Below are positions 1 to 11,516 of a stretch of DNA of 64,000 nucleotides, one piece after another; position 1 is the first letter of the stretch, and each line of letters opens with the position of its first letter. The stretch is taken from NCBI GenBank assembly GCA_002104945.1, contig MCFH01000037.1:434001-498000 (forward strand), read 5' to 3'. Source of the DNA: Piromyces finnis finn (Eukaryota; Fungi; Neocallimastigomycota). The notes below the pieces were generated by a model. It searched no databases. It was not told the DNA's origin and saw only the letters and a program-made list of their open reading frames with translations. The translations under genes were made by a program, and so were the position numbers.

Positions 1-1443
1 AATAAAAAACGTTAATATAACATGTAATTATATTGAATAAGCTTCAAAACTATATATTTGATAAAAAAAAAAAATATTATATATTAATTAGATATATAAT
101 ATATAATAGTTAATGTATCTTTTATGTAAAAGTCCAAATAATCATAGTAGTTCTTATAGATAAATTTCTTTTTAATTTTTCAATAAAGTTTCAAAAAATA
201 AAGATTTTAACTTATAATTAATCTATCTAGTATAAAAACAATTTATTATTATAGGTGTCTATATATTCTATTTATTATTAAATAGTAATATATTATTAAA
301 ATAATAGACAAAAATGATTATAGTTGATATGGTTTTTTTATCTCTATTGTAAAGCTTACGTTCACATCATATCTATAGTTTAGAAAAATATTATATAATT
401 AATTTTCCTTTATTAAATGTATAGCTTTTTTTTTTTTTTATTCAATTTATCATTCAATATATCATAAATTATTGTAAAGATGTCCTATTTAAGAGATTTA
501 TATTGACATTTATAAACTTTTAATAACAAATTTAATTTAAACAAGTTATATTGAGAAATATAGATAACTTTAGGCTTTATTATTGTTATAATTTGTGAAT
601 GTTTTTTGCATTGCTATTATTGATATTATTTATTAATAATTGTTAGAATATGTGAAACGTTATGTCACATGTATTCAAATGTATTGAAATGTATTAAAAC
701 GTATTTGTATATATTGTATTTGATTATATGTTTAAGCCACAATGTAAATGTATAAATACATGTAGTTTGAGAAGAATGTAACGCAAGTAGTTCTTTATCA
801 TAAAATATATTAATAAAGTTGACATAATTATAAACCTAAATTAAACAACTCTTAATAATAATTAAATATTCCTAATAACCCAGTTTGTCCATTTAAGGAT
901 CATTTTTTAAAAAATGTTTATTAAACTATAAAACATTTACTTTTTAATTTTTATTAATCCATTTTTTTTTTATACTACTTTGGGTGACAATTAGTAAAAA
1001 AAAATTTTTTTTTGACAAAATTAAAATTGTACACTTTGAATTTAATTTATAAATGTTAACTATAAAAAAAAATATATTAAAGGAATAAATCTTGTTAATC
1101 TATTTTTAATTTATTATTTCAATTATATAGCAACAACTAACCATATCATATAATTCAAAAAAAAAAAATTAGATCGAGGTTGTAATAAAAAGAAAATATT
1201 CATGAATTAGAGTAATACATTTCATATTTAATATAGAATGCATAAAATACATTTATCCCTAATAGAAAATAGCTTTATTCTTGATACTATGTACATTTAT
1301 TTAAATATGGATGTATAATGTTAATTGTAGGAAAATTATAATAATAACATTGTTTTTATTACTATTCCCCTTAAAATTTTTTTTGTCTAATTATGGAATA
1401 TTAATTTTTACCATAATCCTTATTTATTCATTTACTCCATCAA

Positions 1444-1444
<1 letters not shown>

Positions 1445-1482
<38 letters not shown>
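1445..1482. repeat. (TAT)n microsatellite
   Basis: Direct reading; produces the poly-Tyr in spurious ORF 1311..1496. Confidence 0.85.
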
Positions 1483-1483
<1 letters not shown>

Positions 1484-2197
1484 TAAAGTAACATAAAAAT
1501 ACCAGAAAAAATGGTAAAAATATTTATAATTATTAATCATATAATATAAAACTCTTTTTTTGATATTAGTATTTGCAGTGAATAATAATAATATTTAACA
1601 ATATTAAAAATGATATTTATAATAATTATTTTAATAATAAGAAATTTTAATATTATTTTACGAATTTTATATTATAAATAAAATATATATAAAAATATAT
1701 ATTAAAAAAATATGTAAAATTTCTATTCATTTGTTTTATTAATTATGTAATAATGAAATAATGAGATAAAAAATCATACGATATTATATGGGATAAGAGC
1801 TAGTTTTGGTTGAAAGAATTTAAATTTAAATGATATAAAATTTTAATATAAACTTCTAATCGCTAACCTCTACAATTATAGACTAAAACAAGAAGCTTTT
1901 ATAATACTAAATATTTTCTAGTTGCTTGTTTATTCAATAATTAATTATTAAGTTATAATATTAAAATTATATAGAATATACATTAATAGAATAATATTTA
2001 TAGTACATGTTTTCCTTTTTAATTATTTATTATTATTATTATTTTTTTTTTTTGTATATTTGATAAAAATTAATGAAACATAAATTTATTTTAATATAAA
2101 TTATTCTATTATGATTAAAGTTTAAATCTTTAACATTGTAATAATAATAAAAAAAATCTTGTCATTATGATTTTATTTTTATTTTATTCTTTATAAT

Positions 2198-4675
2198 TTA
2201 ATTTCTTTTAGTACGTTTTCTTTGCTTAATATGTTCATAATCAATTTCTCTGAATAGTAGTAAAGCTACTAATAAAATGAGATGGCATATTAATAAAAGT
2301 CCAGAACTTTGTTGAGTCGAGGGATAAATATTCCAACAGATCTCAATACAGAATAATAGAACCACCCTTTTATTATTTAAAATAATAATATAATTAATAA
2401 AAGAAAGAATATTATATTTAATATTAAATATATCATTAAATATATATATTTTTTTTGTTTTATGACTTTAAAAAAAAAAATAGAGATAAAATACTTTAAT
2501 GGTAAGATAATATTGGTTCTCCAAAGTAAATATGGAAGAGTCATATAATACCATGAATAGAATTGGTAATGTAAGGATCTAGAAAAAACAATACCAATGA
2601 AATTTGAAATGAAAAAGGCTGAAATAATATCTATTTCCGGTTTATATTATATAATAAATAGGAGTATTAATAGTGCTAATATTATATATCTTTAATTATC
2701 TAAATATTTTGGGGGTACTAACAATCACTAGTTAAAATGGTTTTTTTATTTTTAAGTCCGTGTAATAAAAGTGATTTAATATCATGACGAGGTCTATAGA
2801 TATAAGATTAATAATAAATTTAAGTTTTTATTTTATTAACATTATAAATTTAATAATTATGATATATACCCGCTCCATTTATATACAAGGAAGATTAAAA
2901 GGAATGATATATGCAAGATTAATAGTATTTTATGGAATATTGGATTTAAGAAAATATTTTCATTAACAATTTTCCAATTTACTGTCCATTTATAGAAAAA
3001 TACTCTGGAAAATTCAAAAGCTTTTCCAATATAAGATTTTGGTGCATAGTATAAAAATGGAAGTCCTAATATAACCTAAGTAGAATTAAAGAGTTAAGAA
3101 TTGTTGAAATAAATAAAATTATATAAAATAAAATAAAATAAAATAAAATAAAATAAAATAAAATATTGTTATCATCATCATCATCATCATTATTATTTTC
3201 TTTTAAAATATTACTTGAATAAGAACAAAAATTAATGCATTTATAATAGAATGAGTAATGCCAATAGATCTAAACATCACTAAGGCTAAACCTGGAGCGT
3301 ATAATAAAGTATTCATTTTAATAGATACAGATATACTATTTTTATATTAAGTATAGAATAAATAAAAAAGATATTACATAATAAATATGTAATAGTTTAA
3401 ATAGATTATTGTATTAATAATCATTTATTGTTTGGTAATTGTAATCGTTTAATAATAAAGAGTTAAAATAAAAAAAAAAATACCTAAAAAGAACTGCTGT
3501 TAAATGCCAGTAATGATGTAAGGCTGCTAATAATGCACAAAATATGAAAAAAATAGCTACAGGATCATTGAAACATCTTAAAACATAAATAGAATGTAGT
3601 CTTTTAGATAATAATAAAAGATATATTCCTACAGTTGGAAGCTAACATTTTTTTTTTAAAAAAAATTATATATATATTAATATAATATATTGTCACATTA
3701 AGAACCATTTTTAATATTTTAATAATAATAATAGGAATATAAAAAATAAATGGTATAAAGTGTTTTAATAATAATAATAATTATTAATAAAAAAAAATAC
3801 TAATAATTTTAAATATGAAAATATTACAGTTTTTGATTTTTGGTAAATCTTTAAAATGACAACTAATGTTGCAATGTATAAACCCATAAATATATATTGT
3901 GCTAATCGAATGTTTTCTCCATTATTTGTCATTTTATAAAGAAGAGAAAATATATAAACAAAACCAGCAGGATAGCTTTATTTTTCATTAATAATTTAAA
4001 TTATAGAAAAATGAAATAATAGAAAGTTTAGAAAATAATAAATAAATTAAAAATTGAAGGGAAATGAAAATGCATTCATTTTTAATCATTGGAAATGTAA
4101 TTTCAAATGTTAAATGTTTTATTCTAATTACAATAAAAACACTTTTTTTTTTTTTGAATTGAAAATGAAAAGAATCTTACACTAAAGGCCCTGTATCTCC
4201 TTTTAATTTCATATAATCTAATTCCCCATTTAAAAACCCTGAAACTTCTTGCATATATGCAATCCAATCAATTTCTGTGTCTATTTTTTAATTTTTTAAA
4301 AATGGTTTAAATTATAAAATTCAATAATGATAGTAATAATATCAAAATAATAATAAAAAAAAAAGTTATTCATTCATTCATTCAAAATATATATATATAT
4401 ATATATAACATTTAAGTATTGAAATGCAATAACATAAAAAATTTATAAAGAAATTAATATAAAAGATTTATGATAAATTTTCATATTTTTTTCTTATTCA
4501 TATAATAATATATAATAGTAATTTTCTTACAATTTATCTTCTTTATAATGACAAAATTGAAAACGACTTCAAGAAATATCAAGAAAGAAGCATGATACCA
4601 ATAATATTTTCTGCTTACGAGTAAAGTTTTTAGGGTATGGATTAAATCATTATTCTCAAGAAATTTATTAAACAT
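2198..4675 (-). CDS. ALG3: Dol-P-Man:Man5GlcNAc2-PP-Dol alpha-1,3-mannosyltransferase, about 9 exons
   Basis: Manually spliced exons give [98 protein letters not shown] and [11 protein letters not shown], all recognisable ALG3 motifs. GT-AG introns; ATG at 4675, TAA at 2200-2198. Confidence 0.93.
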
Positions 4676-4954
4676 TTTTAATTTTAATTTTTTATTTTAG
4701 TTTTTTTTTTAATCTTTATTAATTTATCCTATTTAACATATCATTTATTTACTACATATATATATACTGTTTTATTATTTTTTTTTTTCTATAAATCTTT
4801 CATTTATTTTTTTATTTTTTTACTATTTTATTACTATTTTATTTAAATAAAAAGTTATGAATTTTTTAATTTGATATTTTAATTTATATCCACACGATTA
4901 TTTTAATTAAAATCTTTATTGATTTTTATGGATAAAATATTAAAATATACACTA

Positions 4955-5134
<180 letters not shown>

Positions 5135-5423
5135 TTTTATTAGTTAAAATATTTTATTAAAAATATAGTTTAATTTTATTATTAATATTAAGATTATGGT
5201 AATTACAAAGAATTAATTAAATGAGAAATTGAATAAATTTATACTATAAAATGTGGCTAGTTATAAAACTAAAAACTATTGCTAATAAATGTTCTTAGAA
5301 CATGTGAATTACTAATACACTACTAATTATTATTAATACATTTACTAATACATTATTAATTATTTTAAACAGAAAATAAAATTATTTTAACACATATTTA
5401 ATTTATTCTAAGATATTCTAACA
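5135..5423 (-). repeat. copia 3' LTR (289 bp)
   Basis: Matches 10037-10158 plus 11048-11216 except one 2-nt indel; starts TGTTAG on the minus strand. Confidence 0.95.
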
Positions 5424-8240
5424 TTCCCCCTCAGACCAGAATGTTTTCTTGTTAAAAATTTGGTCTGTAAATTTTGTCATTTTCGGTCCATTGAAATTTT
5501 TGGTAAGTGGGTCGGCCAGCATTTTTTCTGAATTAATATATTCTAACTTTACTTTTTTATTTTTAATATTGTCCTTATTGAAAAAGAATTTTATTTCTAT
5601 ATGTTTTAATTTGTTATTAAGTTCCCCGTTTTCAATGATAGTTTTGCTTGCTAAATTATCTGTATGAATTGTAATTGATTTTTTGTAATTGAACAATTCT
5701 TTTAAAATATTCTTTATCCATAATACTTTTTTAGTACATTCAGCCATTGCTATATATTCAGCTTCGGCAGTAGATGTGGCAACTACAGATTGCTTTTTAG
5801 ATTGCCAGCATATAGGATCATTGTTCATAAGAATTATGTATCCGGAAGTAGATTTTCTATCTTTAGGGTCACCTCCAAAGTCTGCATCAGTATATGCTAC
5901 AATTTCCCCCTGTCCTTTATATTCAATTTTATAACTTTTAGTATAATTTAAATATTTTAATATATTTAATACCTTTTTCCAGTCAGCTTTAGTTGGATGT
6001 TCTGAATTCCTTGCTACTTTATTGACTGCGAATGTTATGTCAGGTCTAGTGCATCTGGATAAATAGATTAAAGATCCGACAGCGCTTTTATATACTGTTT
6101 TGTCAAAATTTTCTTCTTCATATTTTGTTGAATAATCATCAGTACATGGAGTCTTTGCTTTTCGGATATTTTTAACTTTGAATTTTTTTAATATATCTTT
6201 AATGAATTGAATTTGATTAATAGAATATTTAAAATTGTTGCGTTCAATACTTATTCCTAGAATATACTCAGCAGGACTGCATTTTGAAATTTTAAATTTT
6301 TTCTTTATTTTGTTTATTATTTCTTGAACATTTTTATTTATTCCTGTTATTAATAAGTCATCTACATAAACACCTATAATGCAAACTAATTTATCCCCCA
6401 TCATTTTCTTAAAAATACACGGTTCAGAAATTAATTGATTGAATTGGTTATTTTTAAGGAAATTACTAAGTAAAAGATTCCATTGGCGACCAGATTGTTT
6501 GAGACCATAGAGAGCTCTATTAAGAAGCCAATAACCACGTCCGTAGTTAACGTCTCCTGGAGGGATAGAAACATATATTTCTTTGTCAAGTGGTGCATTA
6601 AGATAAGCGGCTTTAATATCAAGTTGCATAATAGGCCAATTAGATTTTGCAGCTATAGCTATAATAAACTTTAAACTATCAATGTTTAAAGTAGGAGAAA
6701 AAGTGAGTTCAAAATCTATACCTTTTCTTTGGGTAAAACCTCTTGCAACAAGTCGAGCTTTATATTTATTAATATTACCATATTGATCCCTTTTAATGGT
6801 AAAAATCCATTTGGTAGAAATAGCTGATTTTCCAGTAGGGAGTTTTTTAACAAAGGTCATAATATTATTGTCATAAAAATTTTTGATTTCTGAATTGATA
6901 GCAATGAGCCAAGATTCACGTTCTTTACAATTGATCGCTTGTTTGAAAGATAAAGGTGTATCAGTTGCAAGGTTTTGATTAGATGGTTCAATATAGTCTA
7001 ATGAGATTTTATTTTTCTTGTTATCATTAAAAAATATAGGACTGCCTGGTCTTTTAATTGACTCATTAAAAGAAGGTTTTAATTTTTTATTAAAATTAGA
7101 AGATAAAATGCATCCACGTCGTTTTACTGAATCATTAAATGAGGATTTTAATTTTTTATTGTTGAAAGAATTAGTATTATTTAATTTATGTTTTAAAGGA
7201 TTAATATTCGAGTTATTAAATACTAAATCATTTGTTTTGTTAATATCATTATTAGATGTTAAATTTTTATTTATAGTGGAATTATTTGAATTATCAATAT
7301 CTGATATATTTGATGACTGAATGTAATCGTCATCACTGGAAACACTAAGAGATTTAAAACTTGAAGCAATTTCATTAATAATATTATCAGTATTTTTATT
7401 TAATTTATCTTCTTCATTATTATTAGACATATTTGAATTATTCACATTATTATTATTTGTGTCATTTATTTCATTGTATATAATGCCTGATTTATCCTTA
7501 TTATTTGATTCTTCATTTGTATTAATTATCGAGGATTCAAATATATAATTATCATTATTAAAAATGTTAGTTGGAAGTTTTACATTGTTTTTGTTGACAG
7601 ATAAACTAGAAGGGGTTTCTTCATCAAATATAACTTCCCTTACTAAGTGAATATTATAATTTTTTAAGTCTAAAATCATATAACAATTAGATTCCATATT
7701 AAATCCAACAAAAACTCCTTTAATTGCATTACTTTTAAATTTTATTTTATCTTGAGAAAAATCTTTATAGTAAGCTATACATCCAAAAACTTTAATGTAT
7801 TTAAGATTAACCTTTTTACTATAAAATACTTCATTTGGAATTTTATTTTTAATACCTTTATGTGGTGTTATATTATATAAAAGATTAGCATACTTAATAG
7901 CATAATCCCAAAATTCAGTCCCCATTTTACTTGATTGTAATAAAGATTTTGTACAACTGATTAATGTATAGTTAAAACGTTCAGCAATTCCATTATTTTG
8001 AGGATTATATGGAGGAGAAAAAGTTTTGATAATACCACTTTCTTTACAGTAATTAAGAATTTTCTTATTATTATATTCAGTACCCTGATCAGAATGAAAT
8101 GTTTTAATTTTATACTTAAATTGATTTGTTAAATATGTAAAAAAGTTAATAATTGTCCTAGGAATTTCCGACTTTCCTTCAAGTAGAAAAATCCAACTTT
8201 TTCTAGTAAATTCATCAATAAAGGTTAATACATATGTTTT
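5418..8240 (-). CDS. copia pol, C-terminal part (integrase core, RT, RNase H)
   Basis: Frame is open upstream of the listed ATG at 7925: SFTGKTYVLTFIDEFTRKSW, FHSDQGTEY, NGIAERFN (integrase); LDIKAAYLNA, YVDDLL (RT); YTDADF, STAEAEYIA, KHIEIK, LADPLTK (RNase H). Confidence 0.92.
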   Translation of the reverse strand, partial: KTYVLTFIDEFTRKSWIFLLEGKSEIPRTIINFFTYLTNQFKYKIKTFHSDQGTEYNNKKILNYCKESGIIKTFSPPYNPQNNGIAERFNYTLISCTKSLLQSSKMGTEFWDYAIKYANLLYNITPHKGIKNKIPNEVFYSKKVNLKYIKVFGCIAYYKDFSQDKIKFKSNAIKGVFVGFNMESNCYMILDLKNYNIHLVREVIFDEETPSSLSVNKNNVKLPTNIFNNDNYIFESSIINTNEESNNKDKSGIIYNEINDTNNNNVNNSNMSNNNEEDKLNKNTDNIINEIASSFKSLSVSSDDDYIQSSNISDIDNSNNSTINKNLTSNNDINKTNDLVFNNSNINPLKHKLNNTNSFNNKKLKSSFNDSVKRRGCILSSNFNKKLKPSFNESIKRPGSPIFFNDNKKNKISLDYIEPSNQNLATDTPLSFKQAINCKERESWLIAINSEIKNFYDNNIMTFVKKLPTGKSAISTKWIFTIKRDQYGNINKYKARLVARGFTQRKGIDFELTFSPTLNIDSLKFIIAIAAKSNWPIMQLDIKAAYLNAPLDKEIYVSIPPGDVNYGRGYWLLNRALYGLKQSGRQWNLLLSNFLKNNQFNQLISEPCIFKKMMGDKLVCIIGVYVDDLLITGINKNVQEIINKIKKKFKISKCSPAEYILGISIERNNFKYSINQIQFIKDILKKFKVKNIRKAKTPCTDDYSTKYEEENFDKTVYKSAVGSLIYLSRCTRPDITFAVNKVARNSEHPTKADWKKVLNILKYLNYTKSYKIEYKGQGEIVAYTDADFGGDPKDRKSTSGYIILMNNDPICWQSKKQSVVATSTAEAEYIAMAECTKKVLWIKNILKELFNYKKSITIHTDNLASKTIIENGELNNKLKHIEIKFFFNKDNIKNKKVKLEYINSEKMLADPLTKNFNGPKMTKFTDQIFNKKTFWSEGEC
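5424..5432 (-). other. polypurine tract GAGGGGGAA
   Basis: Directly precedes the TG of the 3' LTR on the minus strand. Confidence 0.9.
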
Positions 8241-10003
8241 ACCAGTAAATGATTTTGGATTGGACCAATTACATCTGAATGTATTACTTCCAAAATTTCA
8301 GTAGCTTTTGGAGTTTCCGAGTTATGGGGTTTACGGTTTAATTTTGCTATTTTACAGTCATTACATTCAACTTCTTTAATATTGTGTAATTTTAAGTATC
8401 TGTTTAAATTATCATGGTAGAAGTGTCCAAGCCTTTTATGCCATAATAGTCTTGAATGTTCATTAAGTTTAAATTTATTTTCATAAGATATTGTGTCAAT
8501 GTAAGTATCAGTTTTTATTTTATTATATATAGGTATGCGTATGATATTATTTTTATCTGCCATAAATGTTCCTATATTGACAGTTTTATTCTTTTCATTT
8601 TTTATTTTTAGGTTAAGATATACATTTTCTTTCTTTGGCTTCATATTACAAATTATACCATTTTGTGAAAGCTTTATACCACTTAATAAATTTTTACTAA
8701 CTTGTTTTGAGTATAAGACGTTTTCAAGTATTATATTATATCCGTTTATACAGCCTTTATATGTACCAATACCACTGAATTCACATAATGAGTTATTTGC
8801 ACATTTTAATGTTATTTTTTCTTCTCGAAAATTAGTAAGTATTTCTTTATTGTTGGTGATGTGCTCTGATGCACCAGTATCAAATGTCCATATAGTCTTA
8901 TTATCATATTCATTTTTATTTATATTTAAAATTAATTGATCTTGATATTCATTATTATCAGTGTGAGTGTTATCTTCAATTATTTCAATACTATTAGCTT
9001 CATGATCATACATTGTTTTTAGTTCATCAAAAGAGAGTTCGGTGTCAGAATACTGATCATTATATTCCATATTTGAAATAGATTTATATCTATATTTACT
9101 ATTTTTCTTTTTGTTATTTTTATCAAACTTCTTTTTGTTATTATTATTATTATTTTCAGTTATCTTATTTTTATTTTCTTTATTTATATTAGTTAGTTGA
9201 TTATATTTGCATTCTTTGGTAGAATGACCATTAACTTCGCATATATGGCAAAATTTTGGTTTATAATTTTTATTCTTATTTTTAGATATATAAGAAATAT
9301 CCTTCTCGCTTCTATTAATGAAGTCGATGTCCATTAGATCATCATTTGCATTGATACTTCTGTTATAATCAATACTGCTGTTAAGATAAATGAGAAAGTT
9401 TATTTTATTTATTGCTTGGTTCAGAAAATCTTCGACAGTTTCAGTACCATCAGGATGAATATAGTTTCTGAGGGTTTTAGGGAATGATAAGTATAAAACT
9501 CTAATCTTTTCCCAATCTCCAAGATTTGCATTACTTCTTGACATAATATCAAAAATCTCTTTAATTTGATTTATTACATCTTTGCATTCGGAAAGATCCG
9601 TAGCCTTTAAAGAGTACATCTTCTTCATCCAATATTGAATATCAGCAGATTTCTTTTTGCCATACATAGATTTCAGCTTTTTCATAATATCATAAGCTGA
9701 TGATAATCTCTTGATATAATCTAGCACTTCCTTTGAAACGTTGGTGCTAATGATCGTGCAAGCTAGTGCATCCATTGCTTCTGCTTCATCGATCTCTTCT
9801 TCCATTTCTTTTATAGCCTGTTTGTTTTGGATGGTATTCCCTTTTTCAGTTTCAAGCTTTTTCTTAAGTTCTTCAATTTTATTAGTTTTAACATAGCTTA
9901 AGATTTTCTTGGATTTGAGAATGTTGTTGATAAGGAATTCCCATTCTTCAAAATTATCTTTGTTAAGACGTTCTTCAGGTTGGAGTTTTAATTCTTGAGA
10001 CAT
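8225..10003 (-). CDS. copia gag-protease-integrase N-terminus; frameshifted relative to the rest of pol near 8245
   Basis: CHICEVNGHSTKEC zinc knuckle, WTFDTGA protease, LWHKRLGH...CNDC integrase HHCC, EVIHSDVIGPI. Confidence 0.92.
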   Translation of the reverse strand: MSQELKLQPEERLNKDNFEEWEFLINNILKSKKILSYVKTNKIEELKKKLETEKGNTIQNKQAIKEMEEEIDEAEAMDALACTIISTNVSKEVLDYIKRLSSAYDIMKKLKSMYGKKKSADIQYWMKKMYSLKATDLSECKDVINQIKEIFDIMSRSNANLGDWEKIRVLYLSFPKTLRNYIHPDGTETVEDFLNQAINKINFLIYLNSSIDYNRSINANDDLMDIDFINRSEKDISYISKNKNKNYKPKFCHICEVNGHSTKECKYNQLTNINKENKNKITENNNNNNKKKFDKNNKKKNSKYRYKSISNMEYNDQYSDTELSFDELKTMYDHEANSIEIIEDNTHTDNNEYQDQLILNINKNEYDNKTIWTFDTGASEHITNNKEILTNFREEKITLKCANNSLCEFSGIGTYKGCINGYNIILENVLYSKQVSKNLLSGIKLSQNGIICNMKPKKENVYLNLKIKNEKNKTVNIGTFMADKNNIIRIPIYNKIKTDTYIDTISYENKFKLNEHSRLLWHKRLGHFYHDNLNRYLKLHNIKEVECNDCKIAKLNRKPHNSETPKATEILEVIHSDVIGPIQNHLLVKHMY

Positions 10004-10022
10004 GTCGTAAATAAAGAGGAAT

Positions 10023-10036
10023 TGAGACTCTTAATC
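10023..10036 (-). other. primer binding site GATTAAGAGTCTCA, complementary to the anticodon arm of tRNA-Lys(CUU)
   Basis: Abuts the 5' LTR; plus strand reads TGAGACTCTTAATC, the anticodon stem-loop sequence I recall for eukaryotic tRNA-Lys(CUU). Confidence 0.8.
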
Positions 10037-10156
10037 TTTTATTAGTTAAAATATTTTATTAAAAATATAGTTTAATTTTATTATTAATATTAATAGATTA
10101 TGGTAATTACAAAGAATTAATTAAATGAGAAATTGAATAAATTTATACTATAAAAT

Positions 10157-10206
<50 letters not shown>

Positions 10207-11216
10207 GGCATCAAATATTTTAAACTTTATTATTAATTTAATTAAAATTATAATACATGTAATAAAAAAATTAAAAATAAAAATAAAAATAAAAAAAAAT
10301 ATGTTTAATTAAACACAAATGAATAAAAATTGGGTATAATGTATTCTAGTAATTTTAATTAAAGTAAGAAAGCCACTATCATACTAAAGTATAATAATTG
10401 TATTTGACTTCCAATGGGACACCGAGCCAAAGATCGAAATTTTGTCATGGAACAAAATTATGATCTCCATTGGTTGCGCTGGCCCTCCTGGCCTGTCTTA
10501 CTGTTTCTTCAGCATTGACGCTCTTGGATGTTGCTTCAAACCTTTTGAACATTGACCATTGCTGGCCAATAGCAAAAGGCATGATTTTGGTTAGAAGTTC
10601 CGCGGTTACCGTCAAGAATGGTGTTCCTTCGTTAGTACCAGATTGAATCTGACGCTTACAAAGTTCTTTCCATTCCCTTGAATTGTAATTAATATTGTTA
10701 AAACTTCTTCCCCCAAGAAGGAATTTAAATATTTTACTGCACACACTAGAATAATCATACACATTAATATTCACCGGATTATTAGAACTATTACTATCAT
10801 TAACTAAATTACTATCTAAATTAGAATTATTATCTTCACTATTGCTATCATTACTAATATCATTACTAATATTATTATTTCTATTACTACTATTGTTATT
10901 ATTACTATTGTTATTATTAATATTATTACTATTACTATTACTGTTATTGCTATCTCTGCTGATATTAACATTTTCATTATTATTGATAGGACTATTGGAA
11001 TTACGTTGACTGAAAAAATTTAATAGCTGTGACATACTATAAAATGTGGCTAGTTATAAAACTAAAAACTATTGCTAATAAATGTTCTTAGAACATGTGA
11101 ATTACTAATACACTACTAATTATTATTAATACATTTACTAATACATTATTAATTATTTTAAACAGAAAATAAAATTATTTTAACACATATTTAATTTATT
11201 CTAAGATATTCTAACA
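10037..11216 (-). repeat. copia 5' LTR interrupted by a LINE 3' fragment
   Basis: LTR halves 10037-10158 and 11034-11216 share the duplicated 14-mer ATACTATAAAATGT. Confidence 0.93.
10159..11033 (-). mobile_element. 5'-truncated LINE copy (about 870 bp) with poly(A) tail and 14-bp TSD
   Basis: Poly-T 10159-10203; 3'UTR and ORF end near-identical to 15880-16728; TSD 10145-10158 / 11034-11047; 4 extra nt at the 5' junction. Confidence 0.95.
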
Positions 11217-11516
11217 ATAAATAAATAAATAAATAAACAAACAAACAAACAAATAGATAATTAAATATATATATATATAAATAAATAAATAAATAATGCT
11301 TTTAGGAAATAATAAAAAAAAAAGACTATTGTAGATTTTTTTCTTTTTCCTTTTCTACATATATTATTGTATTCTAATATAAAGTTTATTTAAATCTAGT
11401 AAAAAAAAAATTTAAAAATCTAAACATATAGATAAAGATAAAACTTTTTTTTTTTTTTAGTCTAAAACAACAAATTAACAAGAAATTCAAGAAATTTTTA
11501 TATACAACTATATAAA

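Larger units (their letters stand above)
5135..11216 (-). mobile_element. Ty1/copia LTR retrotransposon, full length but disrupted
   Basis: Two LTRs, PBS, PPT, domain order gag-PR-IN-RT-RH; flanked by ATAAA at 5130-5134 and 11217-11221 (5-bp TSD, though inside a microsatellite). Confidence 0.96.

Noticed and set aside
640-1040. AATGTATT short repeats and TGACA-like motifs (also near 14910-15200)
   Set aside because: Short, degenerate and expected in DNA this AT-rich; no termini, TSD or coding signal.
5289-5303. Palindrome ATGTTCT-T-AGAACAT in the LTR as a heat-shock element
   Set aside because: TTC-N3-GAA spacing does not fit the nTTCnnGAAn HSE pattern; a single short palindrome is weak evidence.
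5449-8939. Plus-strand ORFs within the copia element
   Set aside because: Antisense shadows of gag-pol with no recognisable motifs.
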